In this document: piece by piece, positions 9,794-18,157 of the stretch
Layout of the letters: each line of letters begins with the position of its first letter
Position numbering within the stretch: position 1 is the first letter of the stretch
Assembly: GCA_963722845.1 (NCBI GenBank)
Contig: CAVROL010000003.1
Location: forward strand, 357,733 to 421,732
Length of the DNA: 64,000 nucleotides
Origin: Terriglobia bacterium
GTDB taxonomy: Bacteria; Acidobacteriota; Terriglobia; Bryobacterales; Bryobacteraceae
Direction: 5' to 3'
The notes under the pieces: model-generated
The model's input: the letters and a program-made list of their open reading frames with translations, nothing else
Told to the model about the DNA's origin: nothing
Databases searched by the model: none
Translations under genes and position numbers: made by a program

Positions 9794-10827
9794 TTTTGGA
9801 CCTTGTCGTCCGCGCGAGCACCGCTGAGGATATCGCTCATCGCATAATTTCCTTCGTGGCAGGCGTATTCAGCCATCTGATAATCGTCGTTGCGTTCGAG
9901 CTGGATCAAGATGGTCCAGGGCTTCACCCAGGTCTTCTCGTCGATCACCGTGATCCGGTAGTCCATCGTCTTGTCGCTGGTCCGCGTGAAGCGCTCGATC
10001 ACTTTTAGCTGGTCGCTGTGATATCCGGGATCGCCGGGATATCCCGCGCCGTTCGAGCCGATGGCGTCCTTGTCGGTGAAGTTCGTGGTCTCCACCACCA
10101 GATCGTTCCCTTCCCAGTGGCCGCGCGAGTCTCCCATCACCATCTTGATCGTGGGGCTGACGTGCGGACGTCCATCCAATGGGATCACCCGGCTTTCATG
10201 GATCATTTCGTTGCGAAACGCCACGTATCCCGGACCTTGCACGATCTGGTTGCCGTTGTTGTACACCACCGGAATCACCGATCCCAGCAGACCGCGCGAA
10301 ATGCAGCGATAGTAGATGTTCAGATCGTCGTAGCTGTCCGCTTCGCCCTTCCATTCGCCCGGCATTCCTTTCCCGCCGCGAGCTTCTTTGCGATACTTCA
10401 CCGCTTCCGCCGTCAGATCCGGCAGCCGGCCGTTAGGCGGGTCGACGATCAAAGAGGTCTGGCGGCTCGGCTTGCCTCGCTCAGTCCAATACGACGGCGG
10501 TCCGATGCCGACCCGTGTGTCGCTGGTGGCCACCGATTCGTTGTCGGCCTGCGCTTGCTTCTTAGCCGCAGCTTCTTTGGCCGCGAACTCTGCATCGTTC
10601 AGTGTCGCCCGTTCGCCGAGGTTGGCCGGACGCTGCATGGGCACGCCCATATTGCCCGGCCAGACACCCTCCAGATCGGGATCGCCCCACGGAGTCTTGG
10701 GAGGAGTGTAGGCCTTGCCCGTCTTGATTTGCTTGGCTTTCGCAGCCGACTGCCCCGCCATGGGTGCCGACACAAGTGCGATGGTGCATGCAAGCGCACC
10801 GAGAGAAACGAGATAGCGATAGCGCAT
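9790..10827 (-). CDS. Conserved secreted protein of unknown function, paralog of 5412-6282
   Basis: Track ORF 9790-11040. The likely start is MRYRYLVSLGALACTIALVSAPMAG at 10827, with a GGAGG SD upstream. Motifs shared with the paralog are DPDLEGVW, VIPLDGRPH, GHWEGNDLVVETTNF, WVKPWT and EYACHEGN. Its stop overlaps the esterase start (ATGA at 9790-9793). Confidence 0.7.
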   Translation of the reverse strand: MRYRYLVSLGALACTIALVSAPMAGQSAAKAKQIKTGKAYTPPKTPWGDPDLEGVWPGNMGVPMQRPANLGERATLNDAEFAAKEAAAKKQAQADNESVATSDTRVGIGPPSYWTERGKPSRQTSLIVDPPNGRLPDLTAEAVKYRKEARGGKGMPGEWKGEADSYDDLNIYYRCISRGLLGSVIPVVYNNGNQIVQGPGYVAFRNEMIHESRVIPLDGRPHVSPTIKMVMGDSRGHWEGNDLVVETTNFTDKDAIGSNGAGYPGDPGYHSDQLKVIERFTRTSDKTMDYRITVIDEKTWVKPWTILIQLERNDDYQMAEYACHEGNYAMSDILSGARADDKVQK

Positions 10828-10906
10828 TCTGCCTCCGGCCAAAGCCCCGTTGGCCAGATACAGTTGTACAACGATTAGCCCCCCATTTCCAGGGGTTGCG
10901 TTCGGA

Positions 10907-11326
10907 TCAAGCCTTGGGAGGATGTTCGAGATTAAACATCCATTGGATGCCGAACTGGTCCACGAGCATTCCGTAACGGGCGGCCCAGAACGTTTCCTGG
11001 AGCGGCATGACGACTTTGCCCTTTTCACCGAACGCCGCAAACAAAGCCTGGGCTTCTTCGACGCTGTCGCAATGAATGCTCACCGAAAAGTTGTTGCCCG
11101 GATGAAAGGGCATACCAGGCAAGCTGTCCGACGCCATGATTCTATGCCCTCCCTTGCTGACCGTCGCATGCATGATGCGGTCTTTGGCTTCGTGGCCTTC
11201 CGGCAAAGCTCCCGGAACTTCTGAAAACGCCATGATGAAGAGCTCTCCGCCCAGGCACTTCTTATAAAACTCCATGGCCTGACGGCAGGTGCCGTCAAAA
11301 TTCAGATACGTGACAATCTCTTTCAT
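10907..11326 (-). CDS. VOC-superfamily protein, PhnB/YjdN-like (glyoxalase fold)
   Basis: The inner part of track ORF 10907-11548 starts at MKEIVTYLNFDGTCRQAMEFYKKCLGGEL..., with a GGAGAA SD upstream. The text ...SVSIHCDSVEEAQALFAAFGEKGKVVMPLQETFWAARYGMLVDQFGIQWMFN is typical of this family. Confidence 0.8.
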   Translation of the reverse strand: MKEIVTYLNFDGTCRQAMEFYKKCLGGELFIMAFSEVPGALPEGHEAKDRIMHATVSKGGHRIMASDSLPGMPFHPGNNFSVSIHCDSVEEAQALFAAFGEKGKVVMPLQETFWAARYGMLVDQFGIQWMFNLEHPPKA

Positions 11327-11351
11327 GTTTATTCTCCGGACTGGAAGTTTT

Positions 11352-11660
11352 CTAACCGCCGGCGATCGCTCCGACAACCAGATACGGCTCCGCCCCCGAG
11401 GCGACCGCATCCGGCAGCGGAGCGTCCAGCGGTTCGTGCGATAGATCCTCTTCGCATGCAAAGAAGCGCACAAATGCCCGGCGCTCTTTGGTGACGTGAT
11501 CGCGGATCGTGCCCTGGAGCGTCGGATACCGCGCCTCCAGTGCGTCAAGGACCGATCGCTGCGTGACCGGACCGTCGACTGTGAGTTGCACCTCGCCGCT
11601 GACTTTCGCCAGCGTTCGCAGATGTGCCGGAAGGACGACGCGGATGATCCGCCCGCTCAT
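11352..11660 (-). CDS. MoaD/ThiS-like ubiquitin-fold (beta-grasp) protein ending in Gly-Gly
   Basis: The inner part of track ORF 11352-11783 reads [28 protein letters not shown]...[12 protein letters not shown]. Its ATG overlaps the stop of the upstream BNR gene (ATGA at 11657-11660). Confidence 0.75.
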   Translation of the reverse strand: MSGRIIRVVLPAHLRTLAKVSGEVQLTVDGPVTQRSVLDALEARYPTLQGTIRDHVTKERRAFVRFFACEEDLSHEPLDAPLPDAVASGAEPYLVVGAIAGG

Positions 11661-12787
11661 GCCAACGTCTGGACCTCCACGGACAGCACCGCCGGAAGAT
11701 CCCGCACGATCGGATTCCAACTGTCGCCGGCGTCGGCCGACGCGTACACTTGCCCGCCCGTAGTGCCGAAGTACACGCCGCACGAATCGAGCGAATCGAC
11801 CGCCATCGCGTCGCGCAGCACGTTCACGTAACAGTCGCTCTGCGGAAGTCCCTTGGTGAGCGGCTCCCAGTCGTTTCCGCCCGTACGGCTGCGAAATACG
11901 CGCAGCTTTCCCTCATGAGGAAAATGCTGCGAGTCACTCTTGATCGGGACCACGTAAATGGTTTCCGGCTCGTGCGCGTGAACGTCGATCACGAAGCCGA
12001 ATCCGCGTTTGCCCGCGTCGTCGGGCAGGTTGCCGTTGACTTCCTTCCACAAGTCCCCGGCATTGTCGCTGCGCAGGACGTCCCAGTGTTTCTGCATGAA
12101 CAGCACGCCTGGACGCGAAGGGTGCATCGCCATGTGATGTACGCAATGGCCCACCTCGGCATCCGGGTCAGGGATGTATTCCGACCGCAGCCCGCGGTTG
12201 ATGGCCTTCCACGTGGCGCCTGCGTCCTCTGAGCGGAAGGCGCCCGCGGCCGAGATGGCGATGAAGATCCGCTTCGGGTCTTTCGGGTCGAGGATGATGG
12301 TGTGCAAGCCCAGCCCGCCCGCTCCCGGCTGCCAACCGGATCCGGTACCGTGGCCGCGCATTCCCGGGAGCTCCTGCCAGGATTTGCCGCCATCCGTGGT
12401 TCGGAAGAGCGCGGCATCCTCCACGCCCGCGTAGACCGTATCCGGATCGGTAAGCGCGGGCTCGAGGTGCCAGACGCGCTTGAATTCCCATGGGTGCGGC
12501 GTGCCGTCGTACCATTTGTGCGTGCCGGGGACGCCGTCGTAGACGAACTTGTTATCCACCGGCTCCCAGGTCTTGCCGCCGTCGTTCGAGCGCTGGATCA
12601 ACTGCCCGAACCAGCCGCTGCACTGAGATGCGTACAGCCGGTTCGGATCGGCGGGCGATCCCTTCACGTGGTACAGCTCCCAGCCCGCAAAATGTGGACC
12701 GCTGACGTCCCACTTCTGCCGTTTTCCATCCGACTCCAGAACGAATGCGCCTTTGCGCGTACCGACCAATACCCGTACCTTGCTCAT
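11657..12787 (-). CDS. BNR/Asp-box repeat beta-propeller protein (sialidase/Ycf48-like fold), no signal peptide
   Basis: 376-aa track ORF with repeated SxDxGxTW-type boxes: [43 protein letters not shown]. Its start overlaps the hxlR stop (ATGA at 12784-12787). Confidence 0.8.
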   Translation of the reverse strand: MSKVRVLVGTRKGAFVLESDGKRQKWDVSGPHFAGWELYHVKGSPADPNRLYASQCSGWFGQLIQRSNDGGKTWEPVDNKFVYDGVPGTHKWYDGTPHPWEFKRVWHLEPALTDPDTVYAGVEDAALFRTTDGGKSWQELPGMRGHGTGSGWQPGAGGLGLHTIILDPKDPKRIFIAISAAGAFRSEDAGATWKAINRGLRSEYIPDPDAEVGHCVHHMAMHPSRPGVLFMQKHWDVLRSDNAGDLWKEVNGNLPDDAGKRGFGFVIDVHAHEPETIYVVPIKSDSQHFPHEGKLRVFRSRTGGNDWEPLTKGLPQSDCYVNVLRDAMAVDSLDSCGVYFGTTGGQVYASADAGDSWNPIVRDLPAVLSVEVQTLA

Positions 12788-13272
12788 CGTTTTCTCCTTC
12801 CGGTTTTCCTTCCGGTCTCCTTTTTTTTGTTCTTAAATTCAGGGAGCAATGGAGTCAAGTCCCGTTCTTGCCATCTTCGCCGAGTTTCATACAGGACCGT
12901 TTCTCGATTTTTCTCCATGTTATCGATGACAGAGCAGGGCGCCCCCGTTTCCTCATGCCGCGCTCCCCAGATAAGCAAATCGAGGAGCACCGGCGCAAGA
13001 TCGATCCCCTTCTCCGTCAAGCGGTAATTCACCCGACGTCCATCTGCCTGCTCGGCCTCCGCGGCGATGATCCCCGCGGTTTCGAGCTTCCGCAGCCGGT
13101 CCGCCAGAATGTTCGTGGCGATCCCTTCCGAGGAGCCCTGAAAGTCCTTGAACGACCGGTACCCGCGGACCATCAGATCCCGAACGATCAGCAGCGACCA
13201 GCGGTCCCCCAGCATTTCGAGCGAGATGCTGACCGGGCAGCCCGACCGGCGTTTGGGCGGTTTTCGGGGCAC
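12784..13272 (-). CDS. HxlR-family winged-helix transcriptional regulator
   Basis: 162-aa track ORF with a GTG start. The text [58 protein letters not shown]...[10 protein letters not shown] is canonical HxlR. Confidence 0.9.
   Translation of the reverse strand: MPRKPPKRRSGCPVSISLEMLGDRWSLLIVRDLMVRGYRSFKDFQGSSEGIATNILADRLRKLETAGIIAAEAEQADGRRVNYRLTEKGIDLAPVLLDLLIWGARHEETGAPCSVIDNMEKNRETVLYETRRRWQERDLTPLLPEFKNKKKETGRKTGRRKR
12995..13269. repeat. Copy 1 of a 275-bp direct repeat (5' half of hxlR)
   Basis: Aligns base for base with 14665-14939 with 7 mismatches in my manual alignment. Confidence 0.9.
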
Positions 13273-13292
13273 TGGGACAGATTACAACGATC

Positions 13293-13309
13293 ACTTGCAG
13301 ATTGCAAGT
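13293..13309. promoter_or_regulatory. Perfect palindrome ACTTGCA-gat-TGCAAGT upstream of hxlR, candidate operator
   Basis: 7-3-7 inverted repeat located 21 nt upstream of the hxlR GTG start. HxlR/MarR-type regulators commonly autoregulate through such sites. Confidence 0.4.
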
Positions 13310-13619
13310 TATTTGTGCGATCCTTTTCGATCGACAAAACCCGTGGGGTGGAAGAAAAGCAAGGAGGGGATGTGGTAGCTTAGCCCAGCCGGTCCGCTAT
13401 CCCCGATTGAAAGCCAAGGCTGCCTCCGCTGCCGCCGTCTTTTCCCGATCCGAAGAACCCCGTGATGAAGACGCAGCGCCGGAGAATCAATCCCGCGATG
13501 CGGGATGCAGATGAAGGAACCACATCCGCGTTACCCCGACTGCATCGCCGGCTTGCGCGATGCGTTGGCGGAAGCAAAAGTATAATGCGGCTGGCCGTAA
13601 ACTTTTTGGTTAGTTGCCC

Positions 13620-14282
13620 CTAAAATCTGTGTCCAGGTGATTGACGACGAAGCCTGATCCCCGCGAAAGCACCTAGGCAGCAAGCTGCAAACGCCATAAA
13701 GGACCATGTTGAGGGTTCTGGGATGGGTTCTGGGATGATCGTCGCGTCGAAGCCAAGGGAGTTAACAAATGGGTTGTTAGGGAAGAGGGTGAAGTAGGTG
13801 ATTGAACCAGTAGCGAATCCCGTGTCTGTTTCGCTATAGAACATCGTGTTGGACGAATCAAACAGGCTAAAGTGCAATGAGACGGAAAATAGGTCCAGAC
13901 TGTAAGTGCCTGGTCCGGTAACTATCGGTTTCGGCGATATCAGGTTTTCGGTGAAGTTAACAAATGAGAATGCACAGTGAAAACAAATACCATCATTAAC
14001 AGGATAAAAAACCCCGTTGTACAGGACACCTGAAGAGGGTTGCCCAGACCAGCTAAAGTCGGAGTTAAACGGGGGGGCCGCGAAAGGAGGAGTGAAACCA
14101 ATAATGTACGGACCTGCGTCATTGGCCCTTACCGTGGCGGTGAAATTATCGCCCGAAACGGTTGCTGACAGCAAACTGGGTACGGCAAAGTAAAAACCGC
14201 CGGACGTAATTATTCCGCCCTGAGCGCTGCATGCAAGTCCCGCTACGAACATGATGAGTACTCCGCGCATAAGCATTTTCAT
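13620..14282 (-). CDS. PEP-CTERM sorting-domain protein, secreted
   Basis: 220-aa track ORF with a signal peptide MKMLMRGVLIMFVAGLACSA. The C-terminus IPEPIPEPSTWSFMAFAACCLGAFAGIRLRRQ has the PEP motif, a TM helix and a basic tail. The gene is clearly AT-richer than its surroundings. Confidence 0.8.
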   Translation of the reverse strand: MKMLMRGVLIMFVAGLACSAQGGIITSGGFYFAVPSLLSATVSGDNFTATVRANDAGPYIIGFTPPFAAPPFNSDFSWSGQPSSGVLYNGVFYPVNDGICFHCAFSFVNFTENLISPKPIVTGPGTYSLDLFSVSLHFSLFDSSNTMFYSETDTGFATGSITYFTLFPNNPFVNSLGFDATIIPEPIPEPSTWSFMAFAACCLGAFAGIRLRRQSPGHRF

Positions 14283-14645
14283 CGTTGAGCTCCAGGCCGA
14301 GAAAGAACCATCCTAGAAGGAGGTCCTTTTATCTGACTTTCGTTTCCTCAAATCCGTGAAAGCTAGGGCGTGGGATGCCGTGTCCCCCGGCAACAGCCGC
14401 GTGCCTGGAAGCCAGATCACCGGGTGCGGTGTGGGACGTTTTGGCTCCCCGGACCCCGGCTGGGCAGCGGGACGCTGCCCCGATGCGTCTAACAGCGTTC
14501 TCAGTTGGCTTTGGGCTGACTAAGTTTCCATCAACGCACTATTCAGGCACTACCAACTTTGAACATTGGCACGCTATTGGCACACATGGGCTATTTGGGG
14601 CCGTTCAAGGATGGGCGCTCACCTCTCAGTAAGCGCTTTATTTTG

Positions 14646-14664
14646 TTTGGTGCGGTCGAGAGGA
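14646..14664. repeat. 19-nt copy of the 3' end of tRNA-Leu (att-like direct repeat)
   Basis: tttggtgcggtcgagagga is identical to 17529-17547, which is the last 17 nt of the tRNA plus 2 flanking nt, in the same orientation. Confidence 0.7.
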
Positions 14665-14939
14665 GCAAGATCGATCCCCTTCTCCGTCAAGCGGTAATTC
14701 ACCCGCCGTCCATCTGCCTGCTCGGCCTCCGCGGCGATGACCCCCGCGGTTTCAAGCTTCCGCAGCCGGTCCGCCAGAATGTTCGTGGCGATCCCTTCCG
14801 AGGAGCCCTGAAAGTCCTTGAACGACCGGTACCCGCGGACCATCAGATCCCGAACGATCAGCAGGGACCAGCGGTCCCCCAGCATTTCAAGCGAGATGCT
14901 GACCGGGCTGCCCGACCGGCGTTTGGGCGGTTTTCAGGG
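14665..14939 (-). pseudogene. Truncated second copy of hxlR (5' half only); copy 2 of the 275-bp repeat
   Basis: Track ORF 14619-14885 reads [75 protein letters not shown], then runs into unrelated sequence. Codon 3 is TGA here, versus CGA in copy 1. Confidence 0.8.
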
Positions 14940-15861
14940 ACCCACCTCGGGACCGCCGTTTCCAGTGACCGTGTATGTTCCGGCAGTGAGCGTCCCGGGG
15001 AGCAAGTCGAGATTGTAGACGGTGAAGACTGGCCCGCTCACGGGGAGCATCGCGGCGGCGGGGGAAATTCCGGAACCAGCGACGGGAAGCGATGCGCCCG
15101 CGTTCAGATACGTGTGCGGCAGGCCGGTGTTGGCGTGCAATGAAGGGTTTCCGGTGACGTCATAAGCGAAGCAGGGCGGCATGCTGCGCCGGCCGTATCT
15201 TCCCACATAGTCAGCCGCGTTGTAGCGGCCAAATCCCCCGGCTACGTTTTCCGTTGTCGCCGTCTGGGTGATGGTCTGGCCAAGGATTGAGGTCACAGAA
15301 GTGCCGGTGACCTTGGAGACCGAAATGCCTCCGCCCACGATATCGCCGCCGGCGTCCAGCCTCGCCAGTTGAGCCTGGGTGAGGAAGGAGTCGGTGCAGG
15401 CGTTCTGGCCGGCCGCCGCAATTGGGACGGTCACGGCGTTGCTCAGTTCCCCGTCTGTGCTCACTTGAACCGTGGTGAACAATCCGGTGTTGCGTTGGCG
15501 GGTACGGGTGAAATTGATCAGCCAGAGTCCGGGATAGCCTGCGACAGCGGCAGCGTAACTCGGCGTAATCGTTTGACCGGCCAGGATGATCTTGAACTTG
15601 CCGGACTGGTCGCCGGAAGAGCCTCCATTGTCATTGGCCGGGTCGGCGCCGCCTCCGGTTCCCCAGAGCGTGACCGTATCGTTGGCATGAGCGGGCATGT
15701 TGACAGAAGTAGCGCTCCCGGACGTACCGCTGGACGTGAAGCTGAGTGAGGCCGTAGCCGCCATTGACGGTCGCGATCGTCACCTGAGCCACGCCGAAGC
15801 CGAATCCGTTCGCGGTGGCGATATCGAAATGCCGGGCGACCACGGTGACATCCTGCAGCAT
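14934..15861 (-). pseudogene. Remnant of a surface protein with a TIGR03437-like (Solibacter C-terminal) domain; 5'-truncated with a frame break near 15760
   Basis: Track ORFs 14934-15764 and 15631-15861 are in different frames. The text NDTVTLWGTGGGADP...ILAGQTITPSYAAAVAGYPGLWLINF...VQVSTDGELSNAVTVPIAAAG resembles the Acidobacterial TIGR03437 domain, judged from memory of the family. There is no plausible start or signal peptide. Confidence 0.5.
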
Positions 15862-15904
15862 TGCTGATCTGGCTGTTGTATCTCCCGGCGGATCGAACGC
15901 ATGC

Positions 15905-17140
15905 TTAGCCTACTTTCTCCGGAAACAATCCCGGCATCCAGCGCGAAGCGAGCGCGGCCGGGAAAGCCAGGCGCACGGGAGAGCGCGGGCTTTCCGAGGT
16001 GAGGACGCCTTTTTCAATCAGGGCGGATACGATGCGTCGGGCCTGACGGTCGCCGACGCCGACGACGCCGGCGGCCTCGCCCCTCGGCAATTCTCCGCGA
16101 TAGAGGATGGCTTCAAGTATGCTGCCGGAATTGGAGGGAAGCTCATTGAGCCGGATTTCCTCTTCAGCCCAGAGCAGGATGCGCGTGCGCAGGCGATCCG
16201 GCTGCATGAGGCCTTCCATGAAAGTGACCTGATCGATGCAGGTGGTGAGGAAAAACCGCGTGAACTCCGCGAGGGCCTCTTCGCTCAAGCTCCCCCGTCC
16301 GTCGAGATCATTGCGGCGCGTCACATCGCACGCGGCCAGGTGGCCTTTGTAAGCCTGGACATTGCGGGCAAAGCCACGGGCTACAGACCAGACCGCGCCG
16401 GTATCAAGGGTTTCCAGCATGGTTGCGTGCGACATGAGCCGGGCCACGCGCCCGTTGCCGTCGAGAAACGGGTGAATCCAGACCAGACGGTGGTGGGCGG
16501 CGGCGGCGGAGATAATCACATCCGTCTTGCCCAAGCTGCCATAGAATTCGCCGAACCGCTGCATGAAGCGCGGGACCGCGCCGGGACTGATCGCCAGATG
16601 CTGGCCGACGGCGACATCGCGATGGCGCATCTGCCCCGGAGCCACACGGATGCGTTTCTTCGTCTTCGGGTCTTCGATCAACAACAGCTCTTCGGGGAGT
16701 AGCTCGCAAAAGCGGCGATGGATTTCGCAGATGCTTTCGGCCGTGACTGTGCGGCCTTTCAGGCCGCCATCATCGATCCATTTCTGAACGGCGATATGCG
16801 CTTTCGCCTCAAGCTGAAGGTCGCGCTTGGCGGCATCCTTGCTGTAGTCGTTTTTGAGGGCGCGTTCGATGTCGACCGGGTGGGTATCGTGTCCTTCAAT
16901 AAGATTGCTGTAGTAGCAGTTCATCGCCCGCACGAGATCGGCGAGCGAAGCCAGCAAACTGGCCGGCAGGCTGCGGCGGAATCCGGAGGATTTCTGGGCG
17001 AGGTCGAGAGCGAGATCGGTCAAGACGCTGCGATGACGCGAGCTTTCGCCGATCAGCAGCGGCTCCATCATCGTGACGGCTTCGCCCCGATCCTCCGCCT
17101 TTGTGATGTCCTCTTCTATGTCCCCTACATATGAATCCAC
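15905..17140 (-). CDS. Fic-family protein (AMPylase type) with N-terminal inhibitory helix and C-terminal winged-helix domain
   Basis: 411-aa track ORF with the Fic motif HPFLDGNGRVARL. The [ST]xxxE[GN] inhibitory motif is present as SNLIEG upstream in the same chain. The true start may be the MMEPLLIGE ATG pair near 17071. Confidence 0.9.
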   Translation of the reverse strand: MDSYVGDIEEDITKAEDRGEAVTMMEPLLIGESSRHRSVLTDLALDLAQKSSGFRRSLPASLLASLADLVRAMNCYYSNLIEGHDTHPVDIERALKNDYSKDAAKRDLQLEAKAHIAVQKWIDDGGLKGRTVTAESICEIHRRFCELLPEELLLIEDPKTKKRIRVAPGQMRHRDVAVGQHLAISPGAVPRFMQRFGEFYGSLGKTDVIISAAAAHHRLVWIHPFLDGNGRVARLMSHATMLETLDTGAVWSVARGFARNVQAYKGHLAACDVTRRNDLDGRGSLSEEALAEFTRFFLTTCIDQVTFMEGLMQPDRLRTRILLWAEEEIRLNELPSNSGSILEAILYRGELPRGEAAGVVGVGDRQARRIVSALIEKGVLTSESPRSPVRLAFPAALASRWMPGLFPEKVG

Positions 17141-17530
17141 AAAACACTATATAACAGCAACTTATACGTATGTCAACCGCCCTATAGTCTTTCATAATGT
17201 CCGCTATAAAGTCCGCTTGGTCAGAACAGGTAAAGCGCAGAGACTCCGCTTCATCGTCCCATGAACCATCTTGCGGTTTATAGTCAGCTACCTTGCCGCG
17301 CAAAAAAAAGAGCAATGATATGAGCACTGGAAATCCAACGATCGGTGTCGAGATGGGCGTCGGGGGAAAGGCGCGCGTGTTCAGGTCGGTGAAGGAACCG
17401 CATTCCCCTCGAAAAACCGCCGGGCGTGTTTTGGGCCGGGAGCGTGATGGCTACAAGAACGGTTACAGTCCGCAGAATCAAGAGGCCTGAATTTTCATCC
17501 AGGAGCAACCTAACTCCCTTGTTTTAAGTT

Positions 17531-17617
17531 TGGTGCGGTCGAGAGGACTTGAACCTCCACGAGCTTGCGCCCGCTAGCACCTCAAGCTAGTGCGTCTGCC
17601 AATTCCGCCACGACCGC
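17531..17617 (-). tRNA. tRNA-Leu (anticodon GAG), CCA encoded
   Basis: The reverse complement GCGGTCGTGGCGGAATTGGCAGACGCACTAGCTTGAGGTGCTAGCGGGCGCAAGCTCGTGGAGGTTCAAGTCCTCTCGACCGCACCA folds as a cloverleaf. The acceptor is GCGGTCG/CGACCGC and the anticodon stem CTAGC/GCTAG carries loop TTGAGGT. It has a long variable arm and a TTCAAGT T-loop. Confidence 0.92.
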
Positions 17618-17674
17618 ACATCTTAAAATCCAACCGTCAGCAGATCGGCTGGAAGTGGCACTGCAAAATCGGAC

Positions 17675-18112
17675 CTACTTCTGTTGCGGCTGAGGAGCCG
17701 GTGCCGGCGTCACAGGCACGGGGATCGTCACCGGCGCGCCCTGCTGACCGCCTGCAGGGCCACCCTGCACCGTGATCGGAACCGTACTACCGGGTGCAGG
17801 CGCTTGCGATTGGGCCGGGGCCGGAGCCGTCTGTCCCGCGGCCGGGATGGTTTTCTTGAGGATATTCGGCGTCGAGCTTCCCGCGCGGGTTGCCATGATC
17901 GAAAGCGTAAGCGAGGTGAACATGAACGCGATCGCCGAAATCGTAGTCGCTTTCGAAAGTACCGTCGCCGATCCGCGCGGCCCGAAAACGGTTTGCGATC
18001 CCATGCCGCCAAACGCTCCGGCCAGATCGGCGGCCTTGCCGCTTTGCAGCAGCACCACGACCACCAGGATCAGGCACACAATGATATGAAGGACGGTTAC
18101 AAAAATGAACAT
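17675..18112 (-). CDS. secG: Preprotein translocase subunit SecG with a Pro/Ala/Gln-rich C-terminal extension
   Basis: The 145-aa track ORF begins MFIFVTVLHIIVCLILVVVVLLQSGKAADLAGAFGGMGSQTVFGPRGSATVLSKATTISAIAFMFTSLTL, which is canonical SecG. A tRNA-Leu lies downstream, as in the E. coli secG-leuU pairing. Confidence 0.85.
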   Translation of the reverse strand: MFIFVTVLHIIVCLILVVVVLLQSGKAADLAGAFGGMGSQTVFGPRGSATVLSKATTISAIAFMFTSLTLSIMATRAGSSTPNILKKTIPAAGQTAPAPAQSQAPAPGSTVPITVQGGPAGGQQGAPVTIPVPVTPAPAPQPQQK

Positions 18113-18157
18113 ACGGCTACCCGAGAGGAGCTCTCATCATGTTACCACGCGCCTTAT

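Noticed and set aside
14375-14632. ORF 14375-14632 (+), together with ORFs 13302-13514 (+) and 13380-13577 (-), in the gaps flanking the PEP-CTERM gene.
   Set aside because: They have no SD, no family resemblance and atypical composition. The AAGGAGG-ATG at about 13361-13373 is followed by a stop after two codons, which may be a remnant of a lost divergent gene.
12995-14939. The 275-bp repeat pair as the template and variable repeats of a diversity-generating retroelement.
   Set aside because: The 7 mismatches are of mixed types (A/C, T/C, G/A, C/G, A/T) and are not adenine-specific. No reverse transcriptase is nearby.
13270-17620. Search for an integrase, transposase or IS element that could explain the mosaic region.
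   Set aside because: No frame on either strand shows recombinase, transposase or DDE-like text. The region can only be described as a scar.
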